DNA from: Leucoraja ocellata
Lineage: Eukaryota
Length of the DNA stretch: 64,000 bases
Assembly: GCA_036785375.1 (NCBI GenBank)
Contig: JAWMAR010000030.1
Coordinates: 6,882,001-6,946,000, forward strand
Direction of reading: 5' to 3'
The notes under the pieces were generated by a model. The model saw only the letters and a list, made by a program, of their open reading frames with translations, was not told the DNA's origin and did not search any database. Made by a program: the position numbers and the translations under genes. How positions within the stretch are numbered: the stretch's first letter is position 1; every line of letters starts with the position of its first letter. Below, one piece after another: positions 24,871 to 38,556 of this stretch.

Positions 24871-25859
24871 GGGCTGCCTTCCCCAGATAAATATTCACCC
24901 ACCATTTTCCACATTAAATAATATTTCTGGAAGGTTGCTTTTTCAGCTTTTCTTGACTACCCGTCTGCTGCCTCCCTTCTGCTGTTTCATGTTCATCTAT
25001 TCCGTTCTGATTGCATTTCCTTAAGTGTGGGGTGCTCATCTGCAAAAATGGGCCAACCCTATTTTCCGCGCTCTTGTGACTCCAGCCATCACTCAGGCTC
25101 CAAAGCTGGTGCTCCAGCAGGTAAACCAGTGGAAATTCCTGCAGTTGTCTTCACCCAAAAACTGCAAGGACCACCCAGGAGTTTACTAATGCAACAGCTC
25201 AAACAACACGTGAATGAGTTCTCCTGCCACGTCTTTAATTTTAAATATAGAGCCCCTTTTTTTCAAATGTATTCCAACTAGAAAGAAAAACCCTTATATT
25301 AATCTCCTAGTTACCCCCACCGCTTAATTAAAGAATAATTATCATGGTATACACATTATTAAATTATAAATACCACTTACATCGATGTAAAGTCTTTAAC
25401 TTAATTTATCCAATTAACTACAATACTGGAAATATCCATCCAATGCTAATTACAAACCACACTCTAAACCAATGCTGAGCCTGTACAGTCTCTATTCCCT
25501 GACAGTATTGAATTATAAAAATGTCAAAAGACCCATCAGATATCTAATTGATTCAGGAAACAAAGACAAGTGTTGAGAAGATCTCACGGTCCCGACATAC
25601 CATCATTCACAAAGCCTGCACTCTGAAGATTGCTCAACTTTGGCGACAGTCGCGAACAAAGCACATAAAAGTAGATAATTCCCCACCACCTGATGAGATG
25701 TATCTTAAATTATGACCAAAAAGAAAGGAGGAGAACTGGGGATTTGACAGAATTTTTCAGTGTATTTGGCTGCAGCAAAGCTGCTAAATAACTGGACTAC
25801 GACAAATGGATAACTTTATTTAAAATGAGCAGAAGGAATAAGTCAGTTAATTACAAGCT

Positions 25860-26270
25860 GGAATGTCCCACTGAGTGGCAGCTGGATGATACGATAGATA
25901 GTAAGAAGCTTTCCCTCTAGGAGAGGTGTCTATAACTATAACTAGAGAGGATAGATTTATGGTTAGAGGTGGAAAATTTGATGGAAATTTCAGGGAGAAT
26001 TCTTTCAGCCACAGGTGATTGCACTGGCTAAGAAAGTGATGTAGGCAGATGCTCACAATAAATTTAAGATGTATTTAGATGAAAGAAGCTGCAGAGGTGG
26101 GTACAATTATGACATTTAAAAGGCACTTGGACAGGTGCATGGATAGGAAATGTTTGGAGGGTACAGGGACAGGCCCAGGCAACGGCAAACAGCTCTGTCT
26201 GGCAACTTGGTTAGCATGATTGAGTTGGGCCGAAGATCCTGTTTGCATGCTGCACTGCTCTCTGACTCGA
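25860..26270 (+). mobile_element. CR1-like LINE 3' fragments (two overlapping remnants)
   Basis: gaagctttccctct..aactagagagg..ggttagaggtggaaaattt..., then acatttaaaaggcacttggacagg...gggccgaag tail. Confidence 0.75.
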
Positions 26271-29044
26271 TCAGTAAGCAATTTTTAACAGTAACTTCAT
26301 CACATTCAACAACCCAAAAGTTAATCAATCAATTGATCTTTCCCTTCTGAGATGTGGATAAATTAGTTGCTGCAATTCATCCCATTCTAACAATTGCTTC
26401 ACTTCCAAGGCAATTCATTGTAAATATGTAGAAATCACAGATCACAATAAACTAAGGGATTAATTATTTAGGACTGGGATAAAGTCAATTTATTTTCATT
26501 CATGGGAAATATGAATCTTTGGAATTCTCCGACCTGCAGGTCACCCAAAGTGGAGGTTCGTTCATCATGTTTATTCAAACACAGATGGAGTAATTTTTAA
26601 GGGAAAACGTATAGAGGTAGTGCAGGAAAATGCAGCAACGATTTTAGTTTAGTTAAAAGGTTCAGAGTGGAAATAAGCTCTTCGGACAACCAAGCCCGCG
26701 TCGACCAGCAATCCCTGCATATTAACACTATCCTACACACTCTAGGGACAATTTGCATTTACAGCTATCTTGCCATAACTATTTATAACTTTAAACCCCT
26801 TCTAAATCTGTTTCTAAAGGGATAAGAAACCTTCCCCGTTGAACTTGATAACTGTACCCACTCAATACTGTCACCTTTCTCCAGCATGCTTATGGTGTAC
26901 AATAAAAAGAAATTATGCACAATAATTTAAATGACCAGTTTCCTAAACAAATTCAACAAAACTTCAGTCCTTTTGAATCTCAGTGTTTAATTTGCATTTT
27001 GCATCACTCTGCTGACCTACAATGCTGCTTAAAGTAATTTGTTCACTTTTATGAAAGAATCCTTTTGCTCCACAATTTCATTCACATTTTAAAATCTCCT
27101 GTAGAAGATGTTTCCCTTAGAGTTCATTTAACGCATAACTACTGAGTCAGCAAGTTGTTCAATGATATGTTGAAGAATTCTGCTTTTTCCAAGTTAACTA
27201 ATTTCAACTCCCATTTGGAGTCAGCTGCAAATTTTGAAACGAGTTTCTTGCGTCTAAAAGTTGATCTTCTAAATCTCGATATCTAGACTTTACCCTTAGC
27301 TTCCATTTCTATTTTCAACAGATTTGCATATCATTTAGCAGTTTGGCCTGATTCCATAATGCTCATTTTTGCATGAGCAGTGTTATACTTCAAAAAAAAG
27401 ACATTCCAAGCATATGACAACTACTTTGTTTATTGATTCTTTGATTTAATTCCTGAGATAATACTTGCCATCTACTTTGTAGATGTTACATAAGAAATCT
27501 GTGCAAAATGAGAAAGTTGACTAACCTTTCAAAATCTGTGCAAATTATTTTTAAATCTCTATTTTCTCTAGGTTTTATTTTCAAATAGATTCTGAAAGAT
27601 AAATTGTTGCCCTGCCCTCTCCTGCCTAACATCCTTGAGTATGTGTGAGTGGATATCAGAAATAAAATCGTCAAATACACAGAACGTAGGCATTTACATT
27701 CTATTCTACCACTCAATGAATCATAGCTGTGGAGAGATTTAAGTCTGCACACCTGCCCATTGCCCTTAATACATTTGGTATTGAAAATTTATCATACATG
27801 GATTGCACTTTTGCAACTAGTTTATTTATTATGCCACAAAATTACAGTTCCCAATTTCTTGTAACCACTAGATCTCAAAGTATTTCCTATCTTTAAGCCT
27901 AAAATGCCTGTCTCTGGGACCATTTTCTTCTCTCACTCTTCTCCAACAGTTCTTCTTAGTATGAAAACTTCAATGAACTCATCACTTTCCTTTGCATGTC
28001 ACTCTAAAACTTAATGTTGAACATTACCAAGCTGTGCTTACTACATTACAGATGCTCGCTGTCTTACTTCTTTTGGCTGTTCTTGTTCATTATCAGTTAG
28101 ATAAAGACAAGTCATGATATTTCTCTATCTGATGTATACTCAGTGAAAGTACAGAAATACTCAATTCCCTTTTCTCCTGACACAACTATTTCTTATCTGC
28201 TTATTGATTTATAGTGAGTTTTAAAAGCTGCTACAGTTATTAATATGTGCCTGGATTTGTTTCCATTTTCTTTCTGCAATTCCTCTCCAACTATTTGATG
28301 TTGCAGAAAATATCTTTATTAGGATAGTAAATCCCTTACCTTTTAGCTCAATTCATTAGAATTGGCAATCCACTATATCTGTACGATTCTTTTTCTTATA
28401 ACATTTATGTTATCTCTAACTGATGCACTCATATCACCTTCCTTCCTTTTCCTGCTCCAGTGAAATGTCTGCTGGGGAAATTTCAGTACTTAATGTTGAA
28501 TTCACTAGTATATCAAACAAAATGCTTCTTATCAAAGTAGCTTTACACAAAGTGAAACAAAATCCCCAGGCACTGTAGCCATCTGGAATAAGACAAATCT
28601 TTTTTAATTATGCCAGAGCATATATTTGTTGGGATATCAAACCCCAAAGCACTACACTTAGTTTCCATGCATTAAAATAATGTAAAGATACAATCTCCAT
28701 TCTTTAATGCTCATGTCTATGGATATTATCCAGGAGGACCAAAGTGATTACAGTTGGCTGAGACACCATTTTATAATTTCACAAACAATAGCCTTCAGTC
28801 TACAGTTTTTGAAGGTATCTAATTCCAAAGACTGCAATTTAAACCGGTGAAATATTTCTAAATTAAATGTCTTCTTCTAAAGCAGTCTCTCAGGGTTGAG
28901 GATGATTTGCTCCAAAGTTCTATAGGATCTGAGATGGCTGGAGAGTGTGATATGGGAACCATAGACCCTCCCACAATTGGGCATGTTATTCATGATCAAG
29001 TGCATGGATGGATTGTCTGGGACGTTGAGTGTTTCCTTCAGTGA

Positions 29045-29420
29045 CTGTGCATGACTTCCCCTGCCATCGGGAAGAAGGTACAGGAGCCTGAAAACTGTAA
29101 CGTCCAGGTTCAGGAACAGCTTCTTCCCTACAGCCATTCGGCTAGTAAACACAACAACCTCAAATAAGCTCTGACCAACATAACTATTATTGTTATTGGA
29201 GATAGACACAAAATGCTGGAGTAACTCAGCAGGACAGGCATTATTATATTGTTTACAGTGGACTATGTTTACATATTCTGTTGTGCCATTACAAGTAAAG
29301 GACCTGTTCACTTGGGCGTGATATGCGCGTCACGCAAATGGCGCGCAAAGATTTTGTACATCCCAAAATCCTGGGGCGCCGTGCGCGAACACACGTCACT
29401 TATTGCCACATGTGCAAATG
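29045..29420 (+). mobile_element. Composite: Rex-like 3' end, Penelope-end fragment (29198-29240) and left end of a Harbinger-like MITE (from about 29298)
   Basis: ctgccatcgggaagaaggtacaggagcctg..ttcaggaacagcttcttccc; agacacaaaatgctggagtaactcagc; aaggacctgttcacttgggcg. Confidence 0.65.
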
Positions 29421-29620
29421 CTCAGTGAAATTATTTTTTGCATACAGTTCAGGCAGGTATTGCCATACCACATTCCCTGATTAGCAACGTGTACAGAAAC
29501 AATCCACTGAGACCACATGCAAGAGGTGCCCAGTTTTGGCTTAAATTTCAAAGTCCAGTCCATGCTCTAGATCGATCCGGGGTGGGGGAGGGGGGGGAAC
29601 AGTGCACTGGGGCAGAAGTC

Positions 29621-29675
29621 CATAATGCACTTTAGCATCCATAATGCACTTTAGCATCCATAATGCACTGCAGCA
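29621..29675 (+). repeat. Tandem repeat, 19-bp unit cataatgcactttagcatc, about 2.8 copies
   Basis: Directly visible. Confidence 0.9.
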
Positions 29676-30484
29676 ATGCTCTGCACATCTGCCAACCAGA
29701 CGTCAGTGCATTACAGAACATGTTTGTCAAATTGCATATCCACTACAATAATTTTGGCCACATCAGCATGTCTTCAAACTAACTATTGCCATTGAGGAAA
29801 TCTGAAAGTGTTAAACTGTTTTCTAAATAGTAAGACACAAAATGCACCATTTTGTCATAGCAGCTCCTGTTTTTGTAAGTAATAAACCCTGTTTTACATT
29901 TCCAAGATACACAAAACTATTTGTTTTTTCAATAGACTGCAGCAGCATTTATAAGCTCAATACCTAATCAATACCCTGCTCTGCATTCAGTTCTGTGACC
30001 TCAGGACTAATAATTATCTCATTTAAGGCAATCCATTTACGGCTGTACTCTTGTATGTGCTATCGCAGCAATATATCGCAGAGAAGTAATGTAATCAACC
30101 CAAGCAGCTAAAATATTTATTTAGATTATTTCTAAAAGTGAAACATAATCAGAATTTGTGAAGGAAAGCAGGATAACAACCTAATGGAAAGAGCCTTGTC
30201 CATAACCTCTTCCATCACTTCTCTAGTCCTGAAAAATCAGTGGTTCAAATTTGACTAAATGAATTCTCGATAGAACATTATAAAGAAATGCATGAATCAT
30301 TTGCTCCAGTACCATCTGTGAACACTTCCCCAAAAGGTCATGACTTTCAGAGATCCCGAGTCCTTCAATATGGTCATCTTCAAATTAAATTTTACTTATT
30401 ATAAAGTAACAGGGTTAAAATATAAGTATTAATAAAGAGATGAATTCATTATATAATGTTCTATCAATATATTCTTATGATCCA

Positions 30485-30685
30485 CAAGATACTGCTGATG
30501 CTGGAATATTGAACAAAATATAAAGCATTGGAGGAACAGCAGGTCAGGCGGCATTTGTGGAGGGTCTTGAGCAAACAAAAAGTGGTGGAACTTTCTGCTC
30601 AAAGAGGCTAAAGGGTCCCGATCTGAAACGGCATCTGTCTATTCCCTCCACAGACTTGCTGAATTCCTCCAGCACTTTGTGTTTA
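30485..30685. mobile_element. Old fold-back Penelope-end element
   Basis: actgctgatgctgg...ggaggaacagcaggtcagg ... gaattcctccagcactttgtgt. Confidence 0.6.
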
Positions 30686-33023
30686 ATTCTTATGATTTAC
30701 ATCGCAGGAACTTAAAATTCCATTAGCACAGATTGACAGATATAGGGTCTTGATGTGGTGGACAAAGTAAAATCAAGAAATCATAAGATGTCAGAACTGG
30801 AAGCGTTTAGAAATCATATTTTACCTTAGGGCTGGGGAAAGTTACGGAGACAGAGAAGTGGTAGTCAGAAAAGATTGGACAACGATGAGAATTTAAAAAG
30901 AATAGCAGCTGACAACAAGTACATAGGAAGGGAAGAGAAAAGTTGTAGAGAAAAGAGAGAAGTGAGCAGTTGTGGTGACAGCGAAGAAACAGGACCAAGC
31001 TCAGGCCAAGGGAAGCTAAGGTAAAAATGTGAATGTGTTTAGCCACAGGTCTAAAGGTGAAGTCAATTGCGAGAGAACAGGGTTTATTATAAGGATTATC
31101 AGGCAATCGTTTTAATCCCCACTATAGTTAATTGGAGCATTATTTATTCCAGACTAGGTAGTCTCTAAAATGATAAGTGATATTTGGTATTAATTAGATC
31201 TTCAAAATGGAAGGGCAGCTCATTGAAATGCATTTTGCCCCTCTAACCCACTCATATTTAACAGTCATTAGCTGCGCTAAATCTTCTCAACTAGTCGGCA
31301 CAATTACAAATTATATTTATTTTCACATATTCATAAACAGAATTCAAACCGCTGATTTATTTTGAATGTATTTACCTCGTGTTAAACCATGAATCTGCTT
31401 GGCCATCGTATTTTTTCGTCTGTGTTATCAGAGAACACACATGTGACACCATTGACATTCAGGGAAGTAATGCAACATTTTATTGATTATCCTGTGCTTC
31501 CTTCACAGTGTGGTACAATTCATGTACTCTTTGTGAGAACTTCAGACTGTCGGACTTTAGATTTTTACTGTTCCTCTTTCAACAGATGCTGCCTGACCTG
31601 CTGCTGTTCCCAACATTTTCTGAGTGAGTTAATCTCTGATGGGAATCTAAGAGGGCTCAACCATTTTAAGTGAATTATTACAATTTACAAATACTAGCAA
31701 ATTTACTCCAAAAATAATTCATAGCAGTCAGTGCTTCTAAATTTAGGATAGTCTCTGGCTCTATAACTTAAAAAAAAAAGTTAGTACGAGTCAAAGCCAG
31801 ACATCTTCCAATAATTAGGCCTAAGTCATACTGTATGACCAACTTGTCATCTTTCTTGTTCCAGTCTCTGAAACCGTAAAAGATCAGGATTAACTGCAGA
31901 CCGTTCTTGCTTGGTAGTCGCTCAATGAAAGTAACAATTTTTACCACCTCCAATAAAATGCATCTCCGCTGCTTTCATTCAGGCAGAAATTCAATTAGAT
32001 TAAAATTGCTGTTGTGTTTGAACTGGGATAACAACCATTAACACAGGGCTGCAGAAGCTCACCGTGTCACAAATTATTTCCAAGGTTCTGAATGAAAGAA
32101 GGGAATAGAGCACAACCATACCAGTAATAAACCAGCTTTGAAATGTAGAGGACTAACAACTACCTGAACAAACAATAAATCATGAGAATTCAATATTATA
32201 TTCAATAATACCACCTTAATGTGGCTATCTGTATCTGTATCTGTATCTTAATCAAATTAATAGAACACAGTGTTTCTAATGTTCTATGATACAAAGGGTA
32301 ATAGAATATTATCAATATTGCAAATAATGTAATTATTTGTCACTTCAAATATGGTTTGACATTGAACCTGACCAACAAAATGGTTTCTTCTCTGCTTTAG
32401 TTCACCCAAACTAAACTGAAGATATCCTGAACAAATTCTTGGTAGGCTTGACCCATTGTAGAAAATGACTCTGAATTTTGCAAAATTAGCAGGCATCAAG
32501 AAGGACCAATAGCAAAATGAGTCAAAAGAAAAAGAAAAAAAAAATCATAGCAAAACAACGGATTATGTTGGGGGCTTTTAAAATCCATGTTGCAAAATTG
32601 AATACAGTGAGTCTTACTCTACACGTGAAACAGCCCACAGACCAAGTTCAATGAATCCTACTGCAATCTTCCTCACCTAGACCTTGTAGATTGTCCTGTA
32701 CTGTGGGTGACACAGAGAACCTAGCTGCTGTAGGACACATACAACCTATCCCAATGTGAATCAGGTACGTAATCTACTTTTTATGGACCAGCCACTGTTG
32801 ATCAAGTTCAATGATTTCATCAAATTTCTGCTCAACCCTCTTTGCTCCAATGAAGAATATTCCAGATTCTTATATGTAACCTTACCAGTGAAATTGATCA
32901 TTCTTGAAACCATCTTAGTGATTTTTTTCCTGCATTCTCTCTCTAGGATGCTTCTAAAGTTAGGTGGGTAGGATCAGAAGCAATATTTCATTTGTGTACA
33001 AACCAGCCTTTATTTTTAAAAGG

Positions 33024-33250
33024 TACTAGACCAAGGGGGACCCGTTGGGTCCCGGCCCCTCAACACGCGGGTTGCAGGGGTGGGGGGGCTTGCAGCATCA
33101 CACACACACTAACCACCCCCCACACACAGGGGGGGGGGGGAAGAGGTGGAGGGAGGGGGAAAGGAAGGGGGAGGGAGGACGAGGGGAAGGGGGGAGAGGA
33201 GAGGGAAATGGGAGTGGGGGAGGGAGGAGAGGAGAGGGGGAGGGGTTTGG
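33024..33250 (+). repeat. Repeat fragment beginning ACTAGACC with a GGGACCC/GGGTCCC hairpin, followed by a G/A-rich low-complexity tract
   Basis: actagaccaagggggacccgttgggtccc then G/GA runs. Possibly a non-autonomous Helitron/Helentron-like end (inference). Confidence 0.45.
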
Positions 33251-34978
33251 ATAATTAAGCAGTATATGGCATCCTCAATATAAAAACCCAGAATTTTAGA
33301 AGAAAATACTGTTTCGGACAGTTGGGAGTTTCAAGTCCATGAGTAGCAAATAAAAATGCAATCAGTCCTAGCAGCATTTAGGAAACATTTCTGCATATAA
33401 AATGCAGTAAAAAATTGGAACAGCAATTGATGCAAGGTCAATTGTTAACTTTTAACCTGAAAATTTCAGATTTTTATTCATGAACAGAGTTAGCGAATAA
33501 GGGTGAAGATCATGAGTTATGTCACCGAAAAGCCATGATCTCATTAAATTGTGGAAAGGACTTGAAGGGCTAATTGATTACTCTTTCTTTATGGATATGT
33601 TGGCGCAGCTTGAGGTTACATTTATAATTGTTCCAAAGAAAGGTGCTAGGGCAATGAGAATGTTAAATTGGAAAGACTTTGTAAAAATGAAACCAATAGT
33701 GTATTTTATCCATACATAATTTACATTAGAACTGCAAAATACCTATTTGCTGATAATATAAAAGGCAGCAGAATATGCTGTATACCATGTACCTAGATAG
33801 AGATAACATTTGTGCATGATACCACGCATTACTCTGAAGGTAATGGAAAACTGTTTTAATTAGAAAGATAAACAAAACTTTAATTTGTTTTTGCAGTTTG
33901 ATACATGGTTACTTTTGAACAGCCTGGGTCGCTCTTGACTGGGTATCTTGACTGCGGTTACATTAACTGTTTCTCATGCACCACCATAGCTGGATAACAG
34001 GTTATCCCCTGTAAATGCAGGTAGAATTTATTAATAGTGTATGAACCTGCACTATAACCTTAATCAATTGTCAATTATGCTCAGTATCGAAGATCAGTAT
34101 ATTTTGTGATTAGAACACAATAAACTCTTAGTTGTTGAAGTGGTGAGGCCAACAGAGCCAGTATGACTGGGAGAAAAGTTGGGTAGTATGGTTTACCACC
34201 ACTGGAGTGATTATTTTGGTCACAACATGTTCTCCTGTTGCCTCTACAGTTATCATCCTGATAAAAATATGGTACGTGCGAGATAATATGTGAAACCCGT
34301 AACAAATGTTTGCTGATTATATATTTTAGCATACATTGGTTTTACCAAGTGCATACCAAAACAATAAAAGGAAAAATAAGTATGATGTTTGAAATTTCCC
34401 CCATCTATTTAAGTTTTACTACATGCTGCTACATACTACAATCAACAAATTGAAGCAAGCGTTTAGCTTTTGTCACGGCAACATTCAATTGAGAGCTAAT
34501 CTCTGTTCTGAGATAGGCAGAAACATTTTCAGACGGTGGACAGGTTTAGTGTTAATTGTCATAATTTCAACATAAGCTTCATCAAGCTTGGTTGGAAGAT
34601 GTTGTTTTTGATGTTGTTACACAATACTTCCTACTATGCCAACCACTGGGTTAGCAGGCTCTGTAAGGACAAGGTATTTGATATTTAAAAGGTTTAATTT
34701 TGTTTTAACACATCAAAACCCTCCATTGACAACAAGTCAGAACAGAAAACTATTAAATCCACTATTCATAACAGGAGATATATTTTGTTAATGTACTTTC
34801 TTAATTTGCATGCCAGTACACAAGTCCTAAATATCGTAACTTTTACCTTGAGTTGGTGCAACAGTATTTCGAACAATGATGGGTATGGAGATATGGAAAA
34901 TGAAAGACAAACAAATCGAGAAAGGATACATGAGGCGAGTGATGATCAGGCTAAGTGATCAGGAGGCAATGGACTTAC

Positions 34979-35077
34979 GGATATTCCTTTAGTGACTGTT
35001 TGGGTGGTCTTATCGGCATTAGAACACGCTGGTCCTTTTGTGGCTGAATTTTCTTTCCGGCAATGACATCTGGTGCT
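34979..35077 (-). CDS. ccser2: CCSER2 internal coding exon, 99 nt, phase 0-0, with DKTTQT (LC8/DYNLL-type motif)
   Basis: ttttttccttatatacAG|exon|GTAAGT; translates STRCHCRKENSATKGPACSNADKTTQTVTKGIS, in phase with the 52.7-kb exon. Similar to recalled CCSER2 ATQHICHQKCKEEKCTYADKYTQT. Confidence 0.88.
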
Positions 35078-35314
35078 CTGTATATAAGGAAAAAACAGCA
35101 ATTGGTCAAATAAACTCCCACATAAAATAATGTCACAACACCTTGGTGTCATGCTTTCCTTGTGTGCTCAATATAATCAGCTATAGCTTTCCAAGCTTCT
35201 TGATTTTAAAGTTCTTATTATCTTGCTAACATTTTTACATGGCTTCTCGCCCTAACAAACCTTGGAATTCCTCAAACAAAATTTGACTCATTTGCCCCAA
35301 CACCTCTCTCTCTC

Positions 35315-35476
35315 AGCCGATGGTCGTGAGAGGTCTCCTATGGTCGTGAGAGGTCTCCAAAGAGTCGTAGCGTCTTTCTGGTCGCCACTGAATTTTCAAC
35401 ATGTTGAAAATGTTGACGACCTATGATGGGTGCCGGCAGTCGCCTGTAAAGGTCGCGTAAGTGGGACAGGCCCTTT
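35315..35476. mobile_element. PIF/Harbinger-like MITE right end
   Basis: Subterminal tandem atggtcgtgagaggtctcc x2; terminus aagtgggacaggccct followed by TTA. Confidence 0.7.
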
Positions 35477-35557
35477 ATGCTCCTTTAACTCTACGTTATC
35501 TACGTCCCATCCTTACAACTATTGGCAACTGTGTTTTTACCAAGCTCATTAATTCAG

Positions 35558-35649
35558 GATAGACACAAAAAGCTGGACTAACTCAGCGGGATAGGAAGCA
35601 TCTCTGAAGAGAAGGAATAGGTGACGTTTCGGGTCGAGACCCTTCTTCA
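35558..35649 (-). mobile_element. Penelope-end fragment truncated at the hammerhead core
   Basis: Reverse complement reads TGAAGAAGGGTCTCGACCCGAAACGTCACC. Confidence 0.8.
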
Positions 35650-37009
35650 AATATCGTCTCTCTAAACCTCTTTATCAACTTCTAATTTCTCCAGAATTAC
35701 TTAACATAACTCTTTGATAAAGCATTCCTAATTGCTTTTCCATTATCTTGGCATAAGTTTTTAACCAAGTGTGTTCCTGTAAAGCACCTTGAAACATTTT
35801 ACAATTAAGGCTCTGCAGCTATTTTACTTCCTGATCCACTATGACCTCTATTGCAATTTATTTCAAGGCAAGATACCTGGGGAAGAGACCTGTACAAGGT
35901 AAATATTTTGAAACCCTTTCTATTTGTTGCAGCCTCTATACATATAAAAGCGGTCCCTGTATTTCTTAACACAATATTAGATACGACAGTACATACTGCT
36001 GGTCAGAACATGTTGCAGTGTCATATGCCAATGGCACTGCAATCTCGGAAAACATTTTAAAACATAATCAATGCTTTACCTCAAGGCATATACAGGTTTT
36101 CTTTTTACAATATCTATCAATATTGAACAACACTTATGACTTGGCCAAATGGTAAATATTTTTAGAAAACATCTATTAATGAATCATTTGTTGGACAGAG
36201 ATTCATTTCTGGAGATGTTGCACCACATTGCAAATCCTGAGGCAAAGCAATTTCTTGCAGTAATGAGTTTCTATCCTTATCGTAATGTCCTTATTCTAAT
36301 CAGGAACAGCTAGACTATACACCAGTCAAACAACACAGATGAATGTGTTCTTTCAGCAGCAGCTGATGACTCAATTCTTACTGTTCTGGCCAGCAAGGCA
36401 TCCTCAGCTTCCAGTGAGCTGAAGGAATCTGGTAGTAATTAAAGCAACGGACTACAATGTATATAACTCTGTCAAGGGAAAGATGCAATTATTTTACACC
36501 ATACAGAATCACTCTGTAACATAATCAATTGAAAAAACATAAATGAAAAATAGAACAGAATGAATTAGTACAATCTAACAACCAATAATGGGATATGCCG
36601 GTAAAGTGTCCAAGGTTGGGAATTCAATATTCCAGAATATTTAAGTTGTGGAAGTGATAGGCAAAATGAAAAAAAAAATATCAGCACAAATGAGAAAAAA
36701 GGAGATAAAAGGCAAAGAGAGAAGGGACTACAGCTTGGAAAATAAGTAGTATTGTCAGAGCGAAAACAACAGTATGGGGACTGACCCCCTGAGTTCCTCC
36801 AGCACTTTGTGTTTTTTTCCTAATTATGTTTCTGCACCAATGGCTTGATTTTTTGCATAGCCTTTCTTTTGGGAAAAATAACGTTATTTCCGTGTTTGTC
36901 AGCAAATAAGTACATGTAATGCTGCTGCAAGCAATCTTTTTCATTGTACCTGAAACTCACTATACTTGTACATATGACAATAAATCCGACTGCATTTGAC
37001 GACTAATGG

Positions 37010-37294
37010 CTTTAGTTTAGTTTAATTTAGAGATACAGCATGGAAACAGCCCCTTTGATCCACTGAGTCCACACCGACCAGCGATTCCCATAAACGACAC
37101 ACTAGGGGCAGTTTTTATAGAAGCCTATTAACCTACAAACTTGCACATCTTGGATATCAGGAGGAAACCAGAGGACCCAGAGGAAATCCACGTAATCATT
37201 GGGAGAATGTACAAATTCCGTAAGGACTGCATCCGTAGTCAGGATTGAACCTGGGTCTCTGCCGCTGTATGGCGGCAACTCTACTGCTGTGCCG
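37010..37294 (-). mobile_element. HE1-like tRNA-derived SINE
   Basis: Reverse complement of the 38278 copy, including the (ctaaa)n tail and A/B boxes. Confidence 0.85.
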
Positions 37295-38277
37295 TCCCCA
37301 AAGGCATACGGAGCAATTGTGCCTGCGTTTGGCTTTTAATCAGTTTATAAAATGTCTATCTTCATCTACACAAAGCTATTTTGATGTTCTAAATTTTAGT
37401 CCTATTGTTACGTTTGTTTTCCAACAGGAGAACTAAAAAAATGTATTATGATTAACATGAACTGCTGCAACACCTTAGAAGACAATAAAGCAGGAATCCC
37501 TAGACCCATAGTGACGTTAAATAAGTGTTCAACAAGGGCAAAGATGACTTGGGGCTAATGCAATAGGTACAAACATAATTCCCTCAACAATTAAGAGGGA
37601 GAAATCAGAACAAGTCCACTTCACCTTCATCTTTTGTAGGACTTTAACTCTCAAAGCTAAGCATTTTCTCAGTAAGATTTTCTCATTATGATTTTTACTG
37701 GCTGGTTTTGTTCATGTGATACATGTTTAACTATCTAAGCCTTCACATGAAAATGTATTTTGCATAACAAATCACTTTATGGAATGTCAGATTTTAAAGC
37801 GATTTTTAAGATAGAAATAAAATAACGTACATGTTTGATAATCACCAAATATAATCCCAAATCATAATTTCCATTCATAATTCAGTATCAAAAATGTACA
37901 AGTCCACCAATGGCCACATTATAAACTCAAATATGCAACTCAGATACAGAAAGAAAAAATAAATATGTAAAAAGTTTGAAGTTTTCAACTAATAAAACAA
38001 TACACTCAGTACCTCTAATAATTAATTTAGAGCAGCAGAGATATTTAACTACAATTATCACATTGTTGAAAGGAAAGATACAAGGATTGAAATCACAAGA
38101 CCTCTGTGGTGAATTTACCTTGTATTAACTGTAAGCAAGGCAGCAATTTATGCAAGATGCTGTTTATGCAAATCTACTTGTACCATGTCTCAGGCATTAA
38201 CCTTTATGTGGTTCCGACCAAACATCTTCTGCTTGCCATTGGAGTATCACTGGCACATAAACAGGGCAGCAGTTAGA

Positions 38278-38556
38278 GGTGGCACAGCGGTAGAGTTGCT
38301 GCTTACAGCACCATAGACCTGGGTTCGATCCTGACTATGGGTGCTGTCTGAATGGAGTTTGTACATTCTCCCCATGACCACGTGGGTTTCCTCCCACACT
38401 ACAAAGACGTACAGGTTTGTAGGTTAATTGGCTTGGTTTAAAAATGAAAATTGTCCCAGTATGTGAAGGATAGTGTTAATGTGTGGGGATCGCTGGTCGG
38501 TGAGGTCTCGGTGGGCCAAAATGCCTGTTTCTGCACCGTGTCTAAACTAAACTAAA
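38278..38556 (+). mobile_element. HE1-like tRNA-derived SINE, near full length
   Basis: A box tggcacagcgg, B box ggttcgatcc (38322-38331), CR1-like tail gggccaaaatgcctgtttctgcaccgtgtct(aaact)n. Confidence 0.88.

Noticed and set aside
25027-25281. 84-aa plus ORF with exon-like flanks
   Set aside because: No recognisable homology and no partner exons on that strand.
27205-27310. Coiled-coil-looking minus peptide RYRDLEDQLLDARN
   Set aside because: No credible acceptor or donor; bounded by stops.
29621-29675. CRISPR-like repeat
   Set aside because: Head-to-tail tandem repeat with no spacers, in eukaryotic DNA.
36382-36428. Minus-strand exon candidate with GTAAGA donor
   Set aside because: Poor pyrimidine tract; phase incompatible with flanking ccser2 exons.
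38119-38128. 10-nt microexon candidate (tgccttgcttacAG|TTAATACAAG|GTAAAT)
   Set aside because: Not 3n and would disrupt the conserved coiled-coil/TQT join; short tract.
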